Assembly (NCBI GenBank): GCA_021650915.1
Contig: CP091279.1
Coordinates: forward strand, 1,440,001-1,472,000
Direction: 5' to 3'
Source of the DNA: Candidatus Brocadia sp.
GTDB taxonomy: Bacteria > Planctomycetota > Brocadiia > Brocadiales > Brocadiaceae
Length of the DNA stretch: 32,000 bases
The notes under the pieces were generated by a model. The model did no database searches. It was not told the origin of the DNA and worked only from the letters and a program-made list of their open reading frames with translations. Positions 8,395 to 16,700 of the stretch are shown here, one piece after another; within the stretch, counting starts at the first letter, position 1, and every line of letters begins with the position of its first letter. A program made the translations under genes and the position numbers.

Positions 8395-10244
8395 GTGTTT
8401 GAACGGAAACCTCCCAGAGCCCTGTAAAGTAAGGAGAAGCTGGTGAAAAATGTTCATGAAAGTCATTGAATTTTTTCGGGTAAAAGGGTAAAATATGGCG
8501 AAAATGAAGGGATTCTGGGTATAAAGAGTCCAAATATTCGGTTCATTAACCCACTAGCCAAAGGACATTCGATAGAAGATGAGAAAGAGATTTGAGCAGC
8601 AATTGAAGCTTGGCATCATACCCATTTCAGGGGTAAAACTGCCAATAAAGAGTCGAGATGAGCTACCACCGATACTGAGGGCGTTGCAACATATCTATGT
8701 TACACCGGAGTTGAACGAGGAGGTATTCCGGATATTAGAGGCGAAGGTAACGAAGGGGAAGAAAAAGACGGGAAGATATGGGATGGATTTATGGCATATT
8801 TTGGTGTTGTCGGTGGTAAGATTAGGGTTAGATGCCGATTATGACAGGTTGGAGGATTTTGCCAACCATCACAAACTTATCAGGCAGATAATGGGGGTTG
8901 AGACGGCATTTGGAGAGGCGAAGGTTTTTTCGATGCAGAGCATCAAGGACAATATAAGATTGTTGGATGAGGAGACCCTCAGGCAGATAAATGAAGTGGT
9001 GATATCATCGGGGCATCAGTTGGTTAAAAAAAAGGACGAAGGACTGTGTATTAAGGTGGATACGTATGTGTTAGAGACGAATGTACACTTTCCGACCGAT
9101 ATGAATTTATTGTGGGATGCGGGACGCAAGAGTCTGGACATGATAGAGGATGCAATAGAGGAAGGCATCCTGGCGGGGAAAGGATGGCGCAAGAGCAAAT
9201 ATTGGAGGAGAGAGTTAAAAAAGCTGATGAGGATAAGCGCAAAGGCGTCAAGCAGCGGGGGGGAAAAACAAGGAAGAGCATGTGAGGAGTTACTTGGAAT
9301 TATCGAGGGGTTTGAGTGAAAAGATAGGAGCGAGTCTGTTAGCCATCTACGAAAAGGTGCTAACGACGAACCAGGTAGACAAGCATGCAGGGAAAATAGG
9401 GACACTGGAGTATTTTCACGGGATGTTGAATAAACAGATAGACCTGGTGGAGAGAAGGGTGATCCGGGATGAGGTAATACCGGCGGCAGAAAAGGTTCAT
9501 TCGTTGTTTGAGCCGCATACGGAGTGGCTGTACAAAGGCAAGTCAAACAAAAGGGTAGAGTTGGGACATAATATTCTGGTAGCAAGCGATCAGTGGGGTT
9601 TCATCGTGGACCATGTGGTAGGAGAAAAACAGGCGGATGTATCGTTGGTAATTCCATTGGCAGATAGGTTGTTGAGCCGTTACGGAGAAGGCACAATAAA
9701 GAGTATAAGTTTTGATAAAGGTTTTTACAAGAAAGAGAATAAAGAGTTGCTGAGTTTGTATATACCAGAGGTAATCCTTCCCAAGAAGGGCAAGAAGAAT
9801 AAGGCGGAACAGGAAGAGGAATCGGGTAAGACATTTAAGAAGCTAAGGCACAAGCACTCGGCGGTAGAATCGGATATCAATCGTTTGGAGCATCACGGCT
9901 TGGATAGGTGTCCGGACAAAGGGCTGCATGCCTTTAAAAGATATTGTGCAATGGGCGTGTTAGCTGCGAATTTGCACAAGCTGGGAAACGTGCTGCAGGA
10001 GAAGGCACGGAAGCAGTGCGAAAAGTTGCGAAAAGCCGCCTAAGCAAGCAAAAAACACGAAGAAAAACAGTCTGCCGGGAGGCAGGTACGCCCAGACAAG
10101 GCTAAAATAAAGGGGAAAACAAGGGAAATATGTAAAAGAACAGTATTTTTGCCAAAAACCCTAATCTCAAATCTTAAAATTATCTATTGGTAAATAGAAA
10201 ATCGACCTCGCACTTTTACAAAAAGTGCGTTTTCGTTCAGACAC
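8395..10244 (+). mobile_element. DDE insertion sequence, copy A (frameshifted transposase)
   Basis: Near-identical to 20436-22284. Terminal IRs are GTGTTTGAACGGAAAC and rc GTGTCTGAACGAAAAC. It is flanked by the direct repeat TAAATA (8389-8394 and 10245-10250). The exact end is ambiguous by 2 nt because the terminal TA could belong to the IR. Confidence 0.9.
8579..10043 (+). pseudogene. DDE transposase (IS4/IS5-superfamily-like), split by a +1 G in a homopolymer
   Basis: The 246-aa and 253-aa ORFs together equal the intact 487-aa ORF of copy B. The G tract is G7 at 9257-9263 versus G6 at 21298-21303. DDE-type blocks are HFPTD, SFDKGF and SAVESDINRLEHHGLDRC. Confidence 0.85.
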
Positions 10245-10314
10245 TAAATACTTGTTAATAATGTTTGCACAGCGAAAATCACGCTTATTTATCCCAATTC
10301 AAAGACGAGGCCCC

Positions 10315-10785
10315 ATGAGAATTCTATCCGGTTTAAAACTTTTTGCTATGTCCCTCTGTTGCTGTGGGGGAATTTTTGTTGGTTTATGCTGCTACACATT
10401 TTATTATGCAAACGGGGCATCCTATTTGTCCAACGAGCCTGCAGCATGCGTTAACTGCCATATCATGCGGGAACAATACGATGACTGGCAAAAGGCAAAT
10501 CATCATGCGGTTGCAACCTGCAACGATTGCCATATACCCCATGAGTTTATCGCAAAATATGTTACCAAGCTCAAAAACGGCTTCTGGCACTCAAAGGGTT
10601 TTACCTTGCAGGATTTTCATGAACCCATCCGGATTCTGCCGGCAAACCGTGTTGTTTTGCAAAAGAATTGTTTGTATTGTCATAGGGCATTTGTAAGCGA
10701 GATTGCTACCCATCCGGGCAATGATCAGCAAATGCTGGACTGTATCCACTGTCATAGTCGTGTCGGCCACGGCCCGTCGCGCTAA
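10315..10785 (+). CDS. nrfH: Cytochrome c nitrite reductase small subunit NrfH (NapC/NirT tetrahaem family)
   Basis: An N-terminal TM helix and four CxxCH motifs (CVNCH, CNDCH, CLYCH, CIHCH). The start is set at the ATG at 10315 after GACGAGG, because the track ORF start at 10225 lies inside the IS end. Confidence 0.9.
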   Translation: MRILSGLKLFAMSLCCCGGIFVGLCCYTFYYANGASYLSNEPAACVNCHIMREQYDDWQKANHHAVATCNDCHIPHEFIAKYVTKLKNGFWHSKGFTLQDFHEPIRILPANRVVLQKNCLYCHRAFVSEIATHPGNDQQMLDCIHCHSRVGHGPSR

Positions 10786-10804
10786 CGTTAGGAGAAACTA
10801 CCTT

Positions 10805-12259
10805 ATGAATCATCAACCACCAGCACCCCTCCGGTATCGTTCAAAGATTCTCTATTTATCCATAACTCTCGCGTTTGCGGCGGCAACGGTGGGTATTATT
10901 TTTCTTTTAAAAAATGTCATGCAGCGGAAAGAAGAGGCAAAGCAACATGTGTTTCGGGTAGTGGAACTAACGGAGGACACCATTGACCCTGTTATCTGGG
11001 GGAAAAATTATCCGCGTCAATACGACGGCTATCGCCGTACGGTTGATACAGAACGTACCCGGCATGGCGGAAGCGAGGCCTTCAACAGACTTGAAGAATA
11101 TCCGCGCTGGCGTGAGATCTTTTTGGGATATGCCTTCGGTGTGGATTATCGGGAAGACCGAGGCCATGCCTACATGCTGTCTGACCAGGACATAACGGAA
11201 CGAATCAAAATCATCAAACAGACGGGGGCATGCCTGCACTGTCATGCATCCATCCTGACTGCCTATCGCGAGACGGGCTTGAAGGCCGGAATACCAGCGG
11301 ACGAAGCACACCGACAGGAACAGATCATAAAAGGTTTTGAAATAGTCTGCGCCATGCCCTATAGTGAGGCCCGCACCCTGGTCTCTCATCCGGTATCATG
11401 CGTGGATTGTCATGATCCGGACACCCTGCAATTACGCGTTACCCGGCCAGCCTTTCTTAAGGCGCTTCAGGCGCTCGCCAGCTCAGACAGCCCCTTACCT
11501 CATTTACCCAGCATTGAACGCTGGCGCAAAGACGGTCGTAAAGGCGAGTATGATGTCAACACCATGGCAACACGGCAGGAGATGCGTTCGTTTGCCTGCG
11601 GTCAATGCCACGTGGAGTATTACTTTAAAGGTGATGGTAAGCTCGTAACGTATCCGTGGCACAACGGCATGAGGGTAGACCAGATCGAGGCCTATTATGA
11701 TGAAACGGGCTTCAAGGATTGGACGCACAAAACCAGCGGTGCACCCATGCTCAAAGCACAACACCCTGAGTTTGAAATGTGGAGTCAGGGAATTCACGCC
11801 CGCAGCGGTGTGTCTTGCGCAGATTGCCACATGCCTTTCAAACGCGAAGGCGCAATAAAAATCAGCGACCACCATGTACGGAGCCCGTTGCTTAATATCT
11901 CCAATGCGTGCCAAACCTGTCATCACATCCCCGAATCGGAACTCAAGGCGCGCATCACATTGATCCAGGACAACACAAGGGACTTGATGAGTCGCACTGA
12001 GGTTGCAGTCGTTGACCTTATTCACGCCTTGCAACGTGCACAGGAATTGGGAATACCTGCAGAATCATTGAAAACGGCACAATCCCTGCACCGCAAGGCG
12101 CAGTGGAGGTTAGACTTTGTGGCAGCAGAAAATTCGATGGGTTTTCATGCCCCCCAGGAAGCCGCACGTATCCTGGGTGAAGCAATCGATTATGCACGGC
12201 AGGGACAGCTTGAAACCCTGAGATTACAAGCCCTGGCGACGACAAAGGACAAACCGTAA
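10805..12259 (+). CDS. nrfA: Pentahaem cytochrome c nitrite reductase NrfA (ammonia-forming), membrane-anchored N-terminus
   Basis: Five CxxCH motifs (CLHCH, CVDCH, CGQCH, CADCH, CQTCH) and the NrfA block KAQHPEFEMWSQGIHARSGVSCADCHMP. The ATG at 10805 follows AGGAG. The gene lies directly downstream of nrfH. Confidence 0.9.
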   Translation: MNHQPPAPLRYRSKILYLSITLAFAAATVGIIFLLKNVMQRKEEAKQHVFRVVELTEDTIDPVIWGKNYPRQYDGYRRTVDTERTRHGGSEAFNRLEEYPRWREIFLGYAFGVDYREDRGHAYMLSDQDITERIKIIKQTGACLHCHASILTAYRETGLKAGIPADEAHRQEQIIKGFEIVCAMPYSEARTLVSHPVSCVDCHDPDTLQLRVTRPAFLKALQALASSDSPLPHLPSIERWRKDGRKGEYDVNTMATRQEMRSFACGQCHVEYYFKGDGKLVTYPWHNGMRVDQIEAYYDETGFKDWTHKTSGAPMLKAQHPEFEMWSQGIHARSGVSCADCHMPFKREGAIKISDHHVRSPLLNISNACQTCHHIPESELKARITLIQDNTRDLMSRTEVAVVDLIHALQRAQELGIPAESLKTAQSLHRKAQWRLDFVAAENSMGFHAPQEAARILGEAIDYARQGQLETLRLQALATTKDKP

Positions 12260-12510
12260 AATCCCATTGCCCGTGAAACGAGATTCATCTTGTCAAGAAC
12301 ATCAACAGGAATTATCATTTTATCCATGCTGGTTTCGTAAACGTAATGCGCGATCAAATACAGTTGGATTAGAGATACGACGGCGGAGTCCTGCCCTCAG
12401 ACCGGTTATCGTCTTGAAGAAATTGGGAAACACCGATTATCCTTCTTTAACTCAAAACCCAAGATAGGGTTTTGAGACGAGAGAATTGCAAGAAAATCGG
12501 TGCCGATTTT

Positions 12511-13906
12511 TCAAGAACTTAACGCCTTCAGCGGACTTTCACTCAACACACTCCATGGTATAGTTATTACACCCTGGACATCCGATTGCTCATACTTACC
12601 TCTTTTTATCTCATTCAACTCATCATAAATCACCCCATACCGGGGATGCCATATCGTGCAAATGTCCATCTCTTGACCACACTGCGGACAGACTAAAGGG
12701 TCTTTCCCGGTGCCCGCCCGATATCTCTCTCGATACCTCTTCTGCGCAATTATACTCCACAGGCTCACAATTTGTGATTTATAGTAGTTCAGCACGGACA
12801 AGCAGAGTTTGTCCATGCCATCTTATTATCAATTTAAAATTCACATTTTATGAGCATCTTGAGTATATCTTCACCGCTCCCTTCAATACCCTTTTAACTT
12901 TTGACAAGACTTCTCGAATAATCTCCTGCACCTGTTCAAACGTCTTTGTCGCTTGCACCCCATAATATCTTATCCTTTTAAACCCTTTCGGAAGTGCATG
13001 CTGGATCATCCTCCCGATAAACGTATACACGTCCACCCGTTCTTCCTCTACCTGCTCCGTCTTATATGATCGGTAATGATATCTTACCGTCTCACCATCA
13101 TATCCATCTATTCTCCTTATCGATATCGGTGGACTCACCACGTATTTCGCCAAATATCTCGCCAAACTCTCATATCGACCAGGCACCTCCCCCTTCTGCA
13201 CATTCGCTACAAACCCTTTCGGATAGCTCCTGTAACAACTATCCACCAACTCCTCTATCTCTTCCGTATCTATCCCCTCCCTCACCATCTCCAGTAAATA
13301 CCACTGCCACTTCTTATGCAACATCGGATACGGTAAATACTCCAAATGCTCCCACCTCCGGCTATTTTTATCCATCCCACCGCTCGTCGCTATAATATGA
13401 AGATGCGGATTATACTGCCCGTTTCTTCCATGGGTCTGTAACACTACTATGTATCTGCCCCTTATCTCCTTCCTGCTGACTCTACTAAAAAATTCATCCA
13501 AACACTTTACCCCTCCCGACATCAGCTTTCCCAATAACTCTTCTGTATGATTGTAAAACGTTTTCCTTAATCTCTCCGGCACCGTCAACACGATATGCCG
13601 ATAGATTATCCCTTCATGCAACATCTTGCTTACCTGACTTACCCACTCATTCACATACACCTTCCCACATCTCAAACACATTGCACTCTTACAACTCATC
13701 GATACCACTCGGTTTCCCTCTCCACAGCAAAAACATAAATACCTTCTATATCCCATCTCTTCCGGATTACCGCACTGCAACATCTTTTTTACTTGTTCAT
13801 CATAGCATTGCTTACTATACCTCGGATACTTCCTCTTAAATCCTTCCCAATGTTCTGAGAATATCTGCTTGAATACATTCCATCCCTTCACTGGTTCTGC
13901 CTTCAT
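12511..13906 (-). pseudogene. IS91-family (Y2 HUH, rolling-circle) transposase, split into 352-aa and 101-aa ORFs in different frames
   Basis: An N-terminal Zn-binding Cys cluster, HGRNGQYNPHLHIIAT (HxH) and YLAKYVVSPPIS / RIRYYG blocks. The C-terminal CPQCGQEM part is in another frame after the stop at 12848. Element ends are not resolved. Confidence 0.75.
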
Positions 13907-14032
13907 AGGTATATCATTATAGACACTGGCATATCATATTACCACCCCGAAACCCGCTTAAATAAAATGAAAATTCCTATACAATCAAAATAGTGCAATA
14001 AAATTGTTTTTTCATAACGAAAAGGAACTCTT

Positions 14033-14146
14033 ATGCTCAAACCGAAATTACTGGATCAGGTGCGTGATGCAATTATGGGTAAAGCACGACGCATGATGAC
14101 CGAAGAGGCGTATGTGTATTGGATTAAGCAGTGTATCCTATTTATG
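14033..14146 (+). pseudogene. intI: Integron-integrase (IntI) N-terminal remnant 1
   Basis: MLKPKLLDQVRDAI..TEEAYVYWIKQCILF matches the typical IntI N-terminus (KLLDQVRxAIRxKHYSxRTExAYVxWIKRFILFH). A local compensated double frameshift replaces RVKHYS. Homology ends at a 12-bp-stem hairpin (14146-14172). Confidence 0.6.
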
Positions 14147-14332
14147 CTGGTTCAAACTTACAGTTTGAACCAGACGTTTTGCGCCACACCATATGCGCTG
14201 AACAAGCGCCAATCTTGGAAAATGCCAAACGTTCCGGTTCAATCGGGAACGAGTGGACCAGCAAGGAATTTTTAACGTTTCCTCTTGCGATACGCGCTGT
14301 TTGTGGTTGACACATGATTGGTGTATTGTTTC

Positions 14333-14530
14333 TTACCACTTTTTCTTCATGAAGTAGTACACCATGGTAATGCCTGTAGCAGCCATTATCAGCAAGACCA
14401 TTGGATATCCCCAGCGCCACTCAAGCTCAGGCATGTATTTAAAATTCATCCCGTAGATGCCGGCGAGGAATGTAAGCGGCATAAATATGGTAGCAATCAT
14501 GGTAAGCACCTTGGCTGGTTGTAGAGTAAA
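14333..14530 (-). pseudogene. corA: corA (Mg/Co transporter) 3'-terminal fragment
   Basis: The minus-strand translation is ..KVLTMIATIFMPLTFLAGIYGMNFKYMPELEWRWGYPMVLLIMAATGITMVYYFMKKKW*. It has the YGMNF signature and two C-terminal TM helices. No N-terminal part is present. Confidence 0.8.
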
Positions 14531-14589
14531 ACACTGGCGTAGTGGCTCCAGGCTGAGGTTTGTGTTCCCCGTTTCTCTTCGTTTCCTCC

Positions 14590-14833
14590 GAGAGTGTCAC
14601 ACGATCACAACCATACCCTATTTCCAGCATCTTCTCATCAAACCGTACGTGAGGTTTTCTCTCATACGGCTTTCCTGTTCCCTTCTCAGTAAGGCATTAT
14701 CCACCTATCGACCTAGGGCGGCTTTCAGGAGAAGGTATTGTATTCGATAGTCATTGTACAATCCCCATTTCTGATATATTTCCTCCCTATTCCACAGCTT
14801 CCAGCCGAAGCCCTTCCGTTTCCTCCGCTTCAT
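14590..14833 (-). mobile_element. Group II intron 3' fragment (RT/maturase C-terminal tail, domain V, probable domain VI)
   Basis: The minus strand at 14671-14640 reads AGCCGTATGAGAGAAAACCTCACGTACGGTTT, which is the domain V consensus shape (AGC..GTAT..GAAA-type loop..ACGTACGG). Upstream, the ORF tail KRRKRKGFGWKLWNREEIYQKWGLYNDYRIQY* (14833-14705) resembles intron-encoded protein C-termini. The 3' boundary is approximate. Confidence 0.7.
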
Positions 14834-14854
14834 GACAAACCGTCTCACCTAGCT

Positions 14855-14887
14855 GGTAGGGAGGAGGCGATTCGCCTCCTCCCTACC
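14855..14887. repeat. Perfect 16-bp-arm palindrome
   Basis: ggtagggaggaggcga t tcgcctcctccctacc. It lies immediately upstream (minus-strand sense) of the intron fragment. Confidence 0.9.
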
Positions 14888-14895
14888 AATTGTAT

Positions 14896-15021
14896 TTTAA
14901 CGGCACCATTGACGACATCCGTATACACAATCGTGCATTAAGCGACCAGGCGGTGCTGGACGCCTATCATAATTTTTGGTACCAAAACAGGGCAAGCATG
15001 TATCACGCGGGTGCTGGCTAA
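14896..15021 (+). pseudogene. LamG/concanavalin-like domain C-terminal fragment
   Basis: FNGTIDDIRIHNRALSDQAVLDAYHNF matches the common LamG-domain tail pattern FxGxIDDVRIYNRALSxxEI. No upstream coding continuation is present. Confidence 0.55.
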
Positions 15022-15029
15022 CAACCAGG

Positions 15030-15191
15030 GTAGGGTGGATTAAGTGAAGCGTATCCACCAAATAAGATCATCTTAGGCGGGTTCAGGTTTGCAATCTGCA
15101 TCCATACGTTAAACGATTTCAAACGGGTTTATTTCATCAGAAGCGAAAGGTGGATACGGCGACACAAGACAATCGCCTTAATCCACCCTAC
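15030..15191. repeat. Nested inverted-repeat element, GGTGGAT family, copy 2
   Basis: It has the same 15-bp outer IR as copy 1 (gtagggtggattaag at 15030-15044, cttaatccaccctac at 15177-15191). The inner IR is gcgtatccacc (15049-15059) with ggtggatacgg (15149-15159). An extra gcgtatccaccaaat copy lies at 15226-15240. Confidence 0.8.
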
Positions 15192-15268
15192 CCGATCTAA
15201 CATATAAGAGTGAATGAAGCGGAGCGTATCCACCAAATGAAAGACTATGGGATTCGAGGGCGTCATGC

Positions 15269-15946
15269 TTAAATAAGAACGTACGGAATCGGGTCTTTGA
15301 CTCCGGCATCCAGAAAGGCCTTTAGGCGCAAGAAGCAACTATGGCACTGACCGCACGCCTTTTCGGTGTTTTTGTAACATGACCAGCTCAGATTGAGCGG
15401 CGCCCCTAGAGAAATGCCCAGTTTTACAATCTCTGATTTCCTCATGTGTATCAGGGGCGTCTCCACCTCGATACGCGTTGTTGGCCTGGTACCCACCCTG
15501 ACGAGGTTATTGAAGGCCTCGTAATAGACAGGTCTGCAATCGGGATAGCCCGGGTTGTCCTGCTCTACAGCGCCGATAAATATCTTCCGCGCGCCGATAA
15601 CTTCACCCCATGAGACGGCAATAGTCAGGAGGTGGGTATTCCGGAACGGGACATACGAAGTGGGGATTTCTCTGGCAGGTACCTGAGCGTCCTGCACGTT
15701 CATACGCGGGTCGGTCAGGCTCGATCCTCCGATCTTACTCAGGTAGTCGATGCTTGTTATAAGAATTCTCTCCTTCGGTACGCGGTAGTGCGATGCAATG
15801 TCGTGAAAGGCCTTGAGTTCTCTCGACTCCGTACGCTGACCGTAGTTCACGTGCAGGAGGGCGAGTTCATGCTGTGTACGTGCAAGAGCTGCCGTTATAC
15901 AACTATCCATGCCGCCGCTGACCAGTACAATTGCCAAGTCATTCAT
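15269..15946 (-). CDS. queC: 7-cyano-7-deazaguanine synthase QueC
   Basis: The PP-loop VLVSGGMDS and the C-terminal Zn cluster CYKNTEKACGQCHSCFLR. Confidence 0.9.
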   Translation of the reverse strand: MNDLAIVLVSGGMDSCITAALARTQHELALLHVNYGQRTESRELKAFHDIASHYRVPKERILITSIDYLSKIGGSSLTDPRMNVQDAQVPAREIPTSYVPFRNTHLLTIAVSWGEVIGARKIFIGAVEQDNPGYPDCRPVYYEAFNNLVRVGTRPTTRIEVETPLIHMRKSEIVKLGISLGAPLNLSWSCYKNTEKACGQCHSCFLRLKAFLDAGVKDPIPYVLI

Positions 15947-15952
15947 GCGCTC

Positions 15953-16588
15953 TTAAACACCCCGTGCCTGAGGGTCCCAGATACATTTATGGAGTTGCAG
16001 TTGGAATCGCACCGGGAGATTGTCGTCTAAAATCCACTGGGCTACCGTGCTTGGCAGCAGGGCGTCAAAAACCGTCCCCATCAATACCTGTGCAATCTCT
16101 GATAAACGATACTTCCCTATCACGTCTTTTGCCCATTCGTAATCACTTCGGGAATGCAGGACAAATTTCACCTCGTCTCTTTTCGTTAAATACTTAATAT
16201 TTTGCCAGTGCATCAAATGACTCATCCCGCTGTCAGGGCACTTAATGTCCATAATTTTTATGGCTCCTTGCGGAATCATACGAATGTCGTAGCTGCCGTT
16301 GGTTTCAACGAGAACCGTGTAATTTTTGCCGAGTAATTCTTCTATCAGGGATGGTGTATCCTTATCCGACAGAGGTTCACCGCCGGTTACGCAGACTAAT
16401 TTGATATTGAATCCGGCAACGCGCTCAAGGATGGAGCCAATGGGCATCTCCGTCCCTTCTTCATAGGCATAGGTGGTATCGCAGTAGCTGCACCGCAGAT
16501 TGCATCCCGTGATGCGTATGAAGATACACGGCAGGCCGGCATACGAAGTCTCACCCTGAATGCTTTTAAAGATCTCATTTATTTTCAT
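15953..16588 (-). CDS. queE: 7-carboxy-7-deazaguanine synthase QueE (radical SAM)
   Basis: FKSIQGETSYAGLPCIFIRITGCNLRCSYCDT (CxxxCxxC radical SAM cluster). It sits 6 nt upstream of queC. Confidence 0.9.
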   Translation of the reverse strand: MKINEIFKSIQGETSYAGLPCIFIRITGCNLRCSYCDTTYAYEEGTEMPIGSILERVAGFNIKLVCVTGGEPLSDKDTPSLIEELLGKNYTVLVETNGSYDIRMIPQGAIKIMDIKCPDSGMSHLMHWQNIKYLTKRDEVKFVLHSRSDYEWAKDVIGKYRLSEIAQVLMGTVFDALLPSTVAQWILDDNLPVRFQLQLHKCIWDPQARGV

Positions 16589-16644
16589 ATGATTTAAGGC
16601 CCTGCTTCCCTGCTAGCTTGCTGTACAGGAATTTCAAAGTTGCG

Positions 16645-16700
16645 GTTGTAGAGCGACGAGCCTCGTCGCTCTACATTGAGAAGATCGCCGAAGGCCTAAT
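16645..16700. repeat. 56-bp hairpin repeat (REP-like), copy 1
   Basis: gttgtagagcgacgagcctcgtcgctctacattgagaagatcgccgaaggcctaat has a tagagcgacgag/ctcgtcgctcta stem. A second copy lies at 30021-30076 with a few substitutions. Confidence 0.8.

Noticed and set aside
9016-9585. Long antisense ORFs inside both IS copies (also 21092-21625, 9601-9834, 21641-21874)
   Set aside because: They are shadow ORFs opposite the transposase gene, Pro/Ser/Leu-rich and of low complexity.
10225-10314. N-terminal extension of the nrfH ORF in the track (start at 10225)
   Set aside because: The first codons are encoded by the IS right end and its flanking repeat. The ATG at 10315 has a purine-rich RBS-like GACGAGG and gives a normal NrfH with an N-terminal TM helix.
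10703-10804. Upstream extension of the nrfA ORF overlapping the nrfH 3' end
   Set aside because: It overlaps nrfH coding sequence in another frame. The ATG at 10805 follows AGGAG and starts the expected TM-anchor sequence.
10967-12245. Antisense and alternative-frame ORFs within nrfA. Similar sets lie within the ABC gene (26325-28121), the acyl-CoA synthetase (30174-31867), the IS91 transposase (13066-13395) and the DHS-like gene (5573-6190).
   Set aside because: All are embedded in strongly supported genes on the other strand or in another frame, and have no independent signals.
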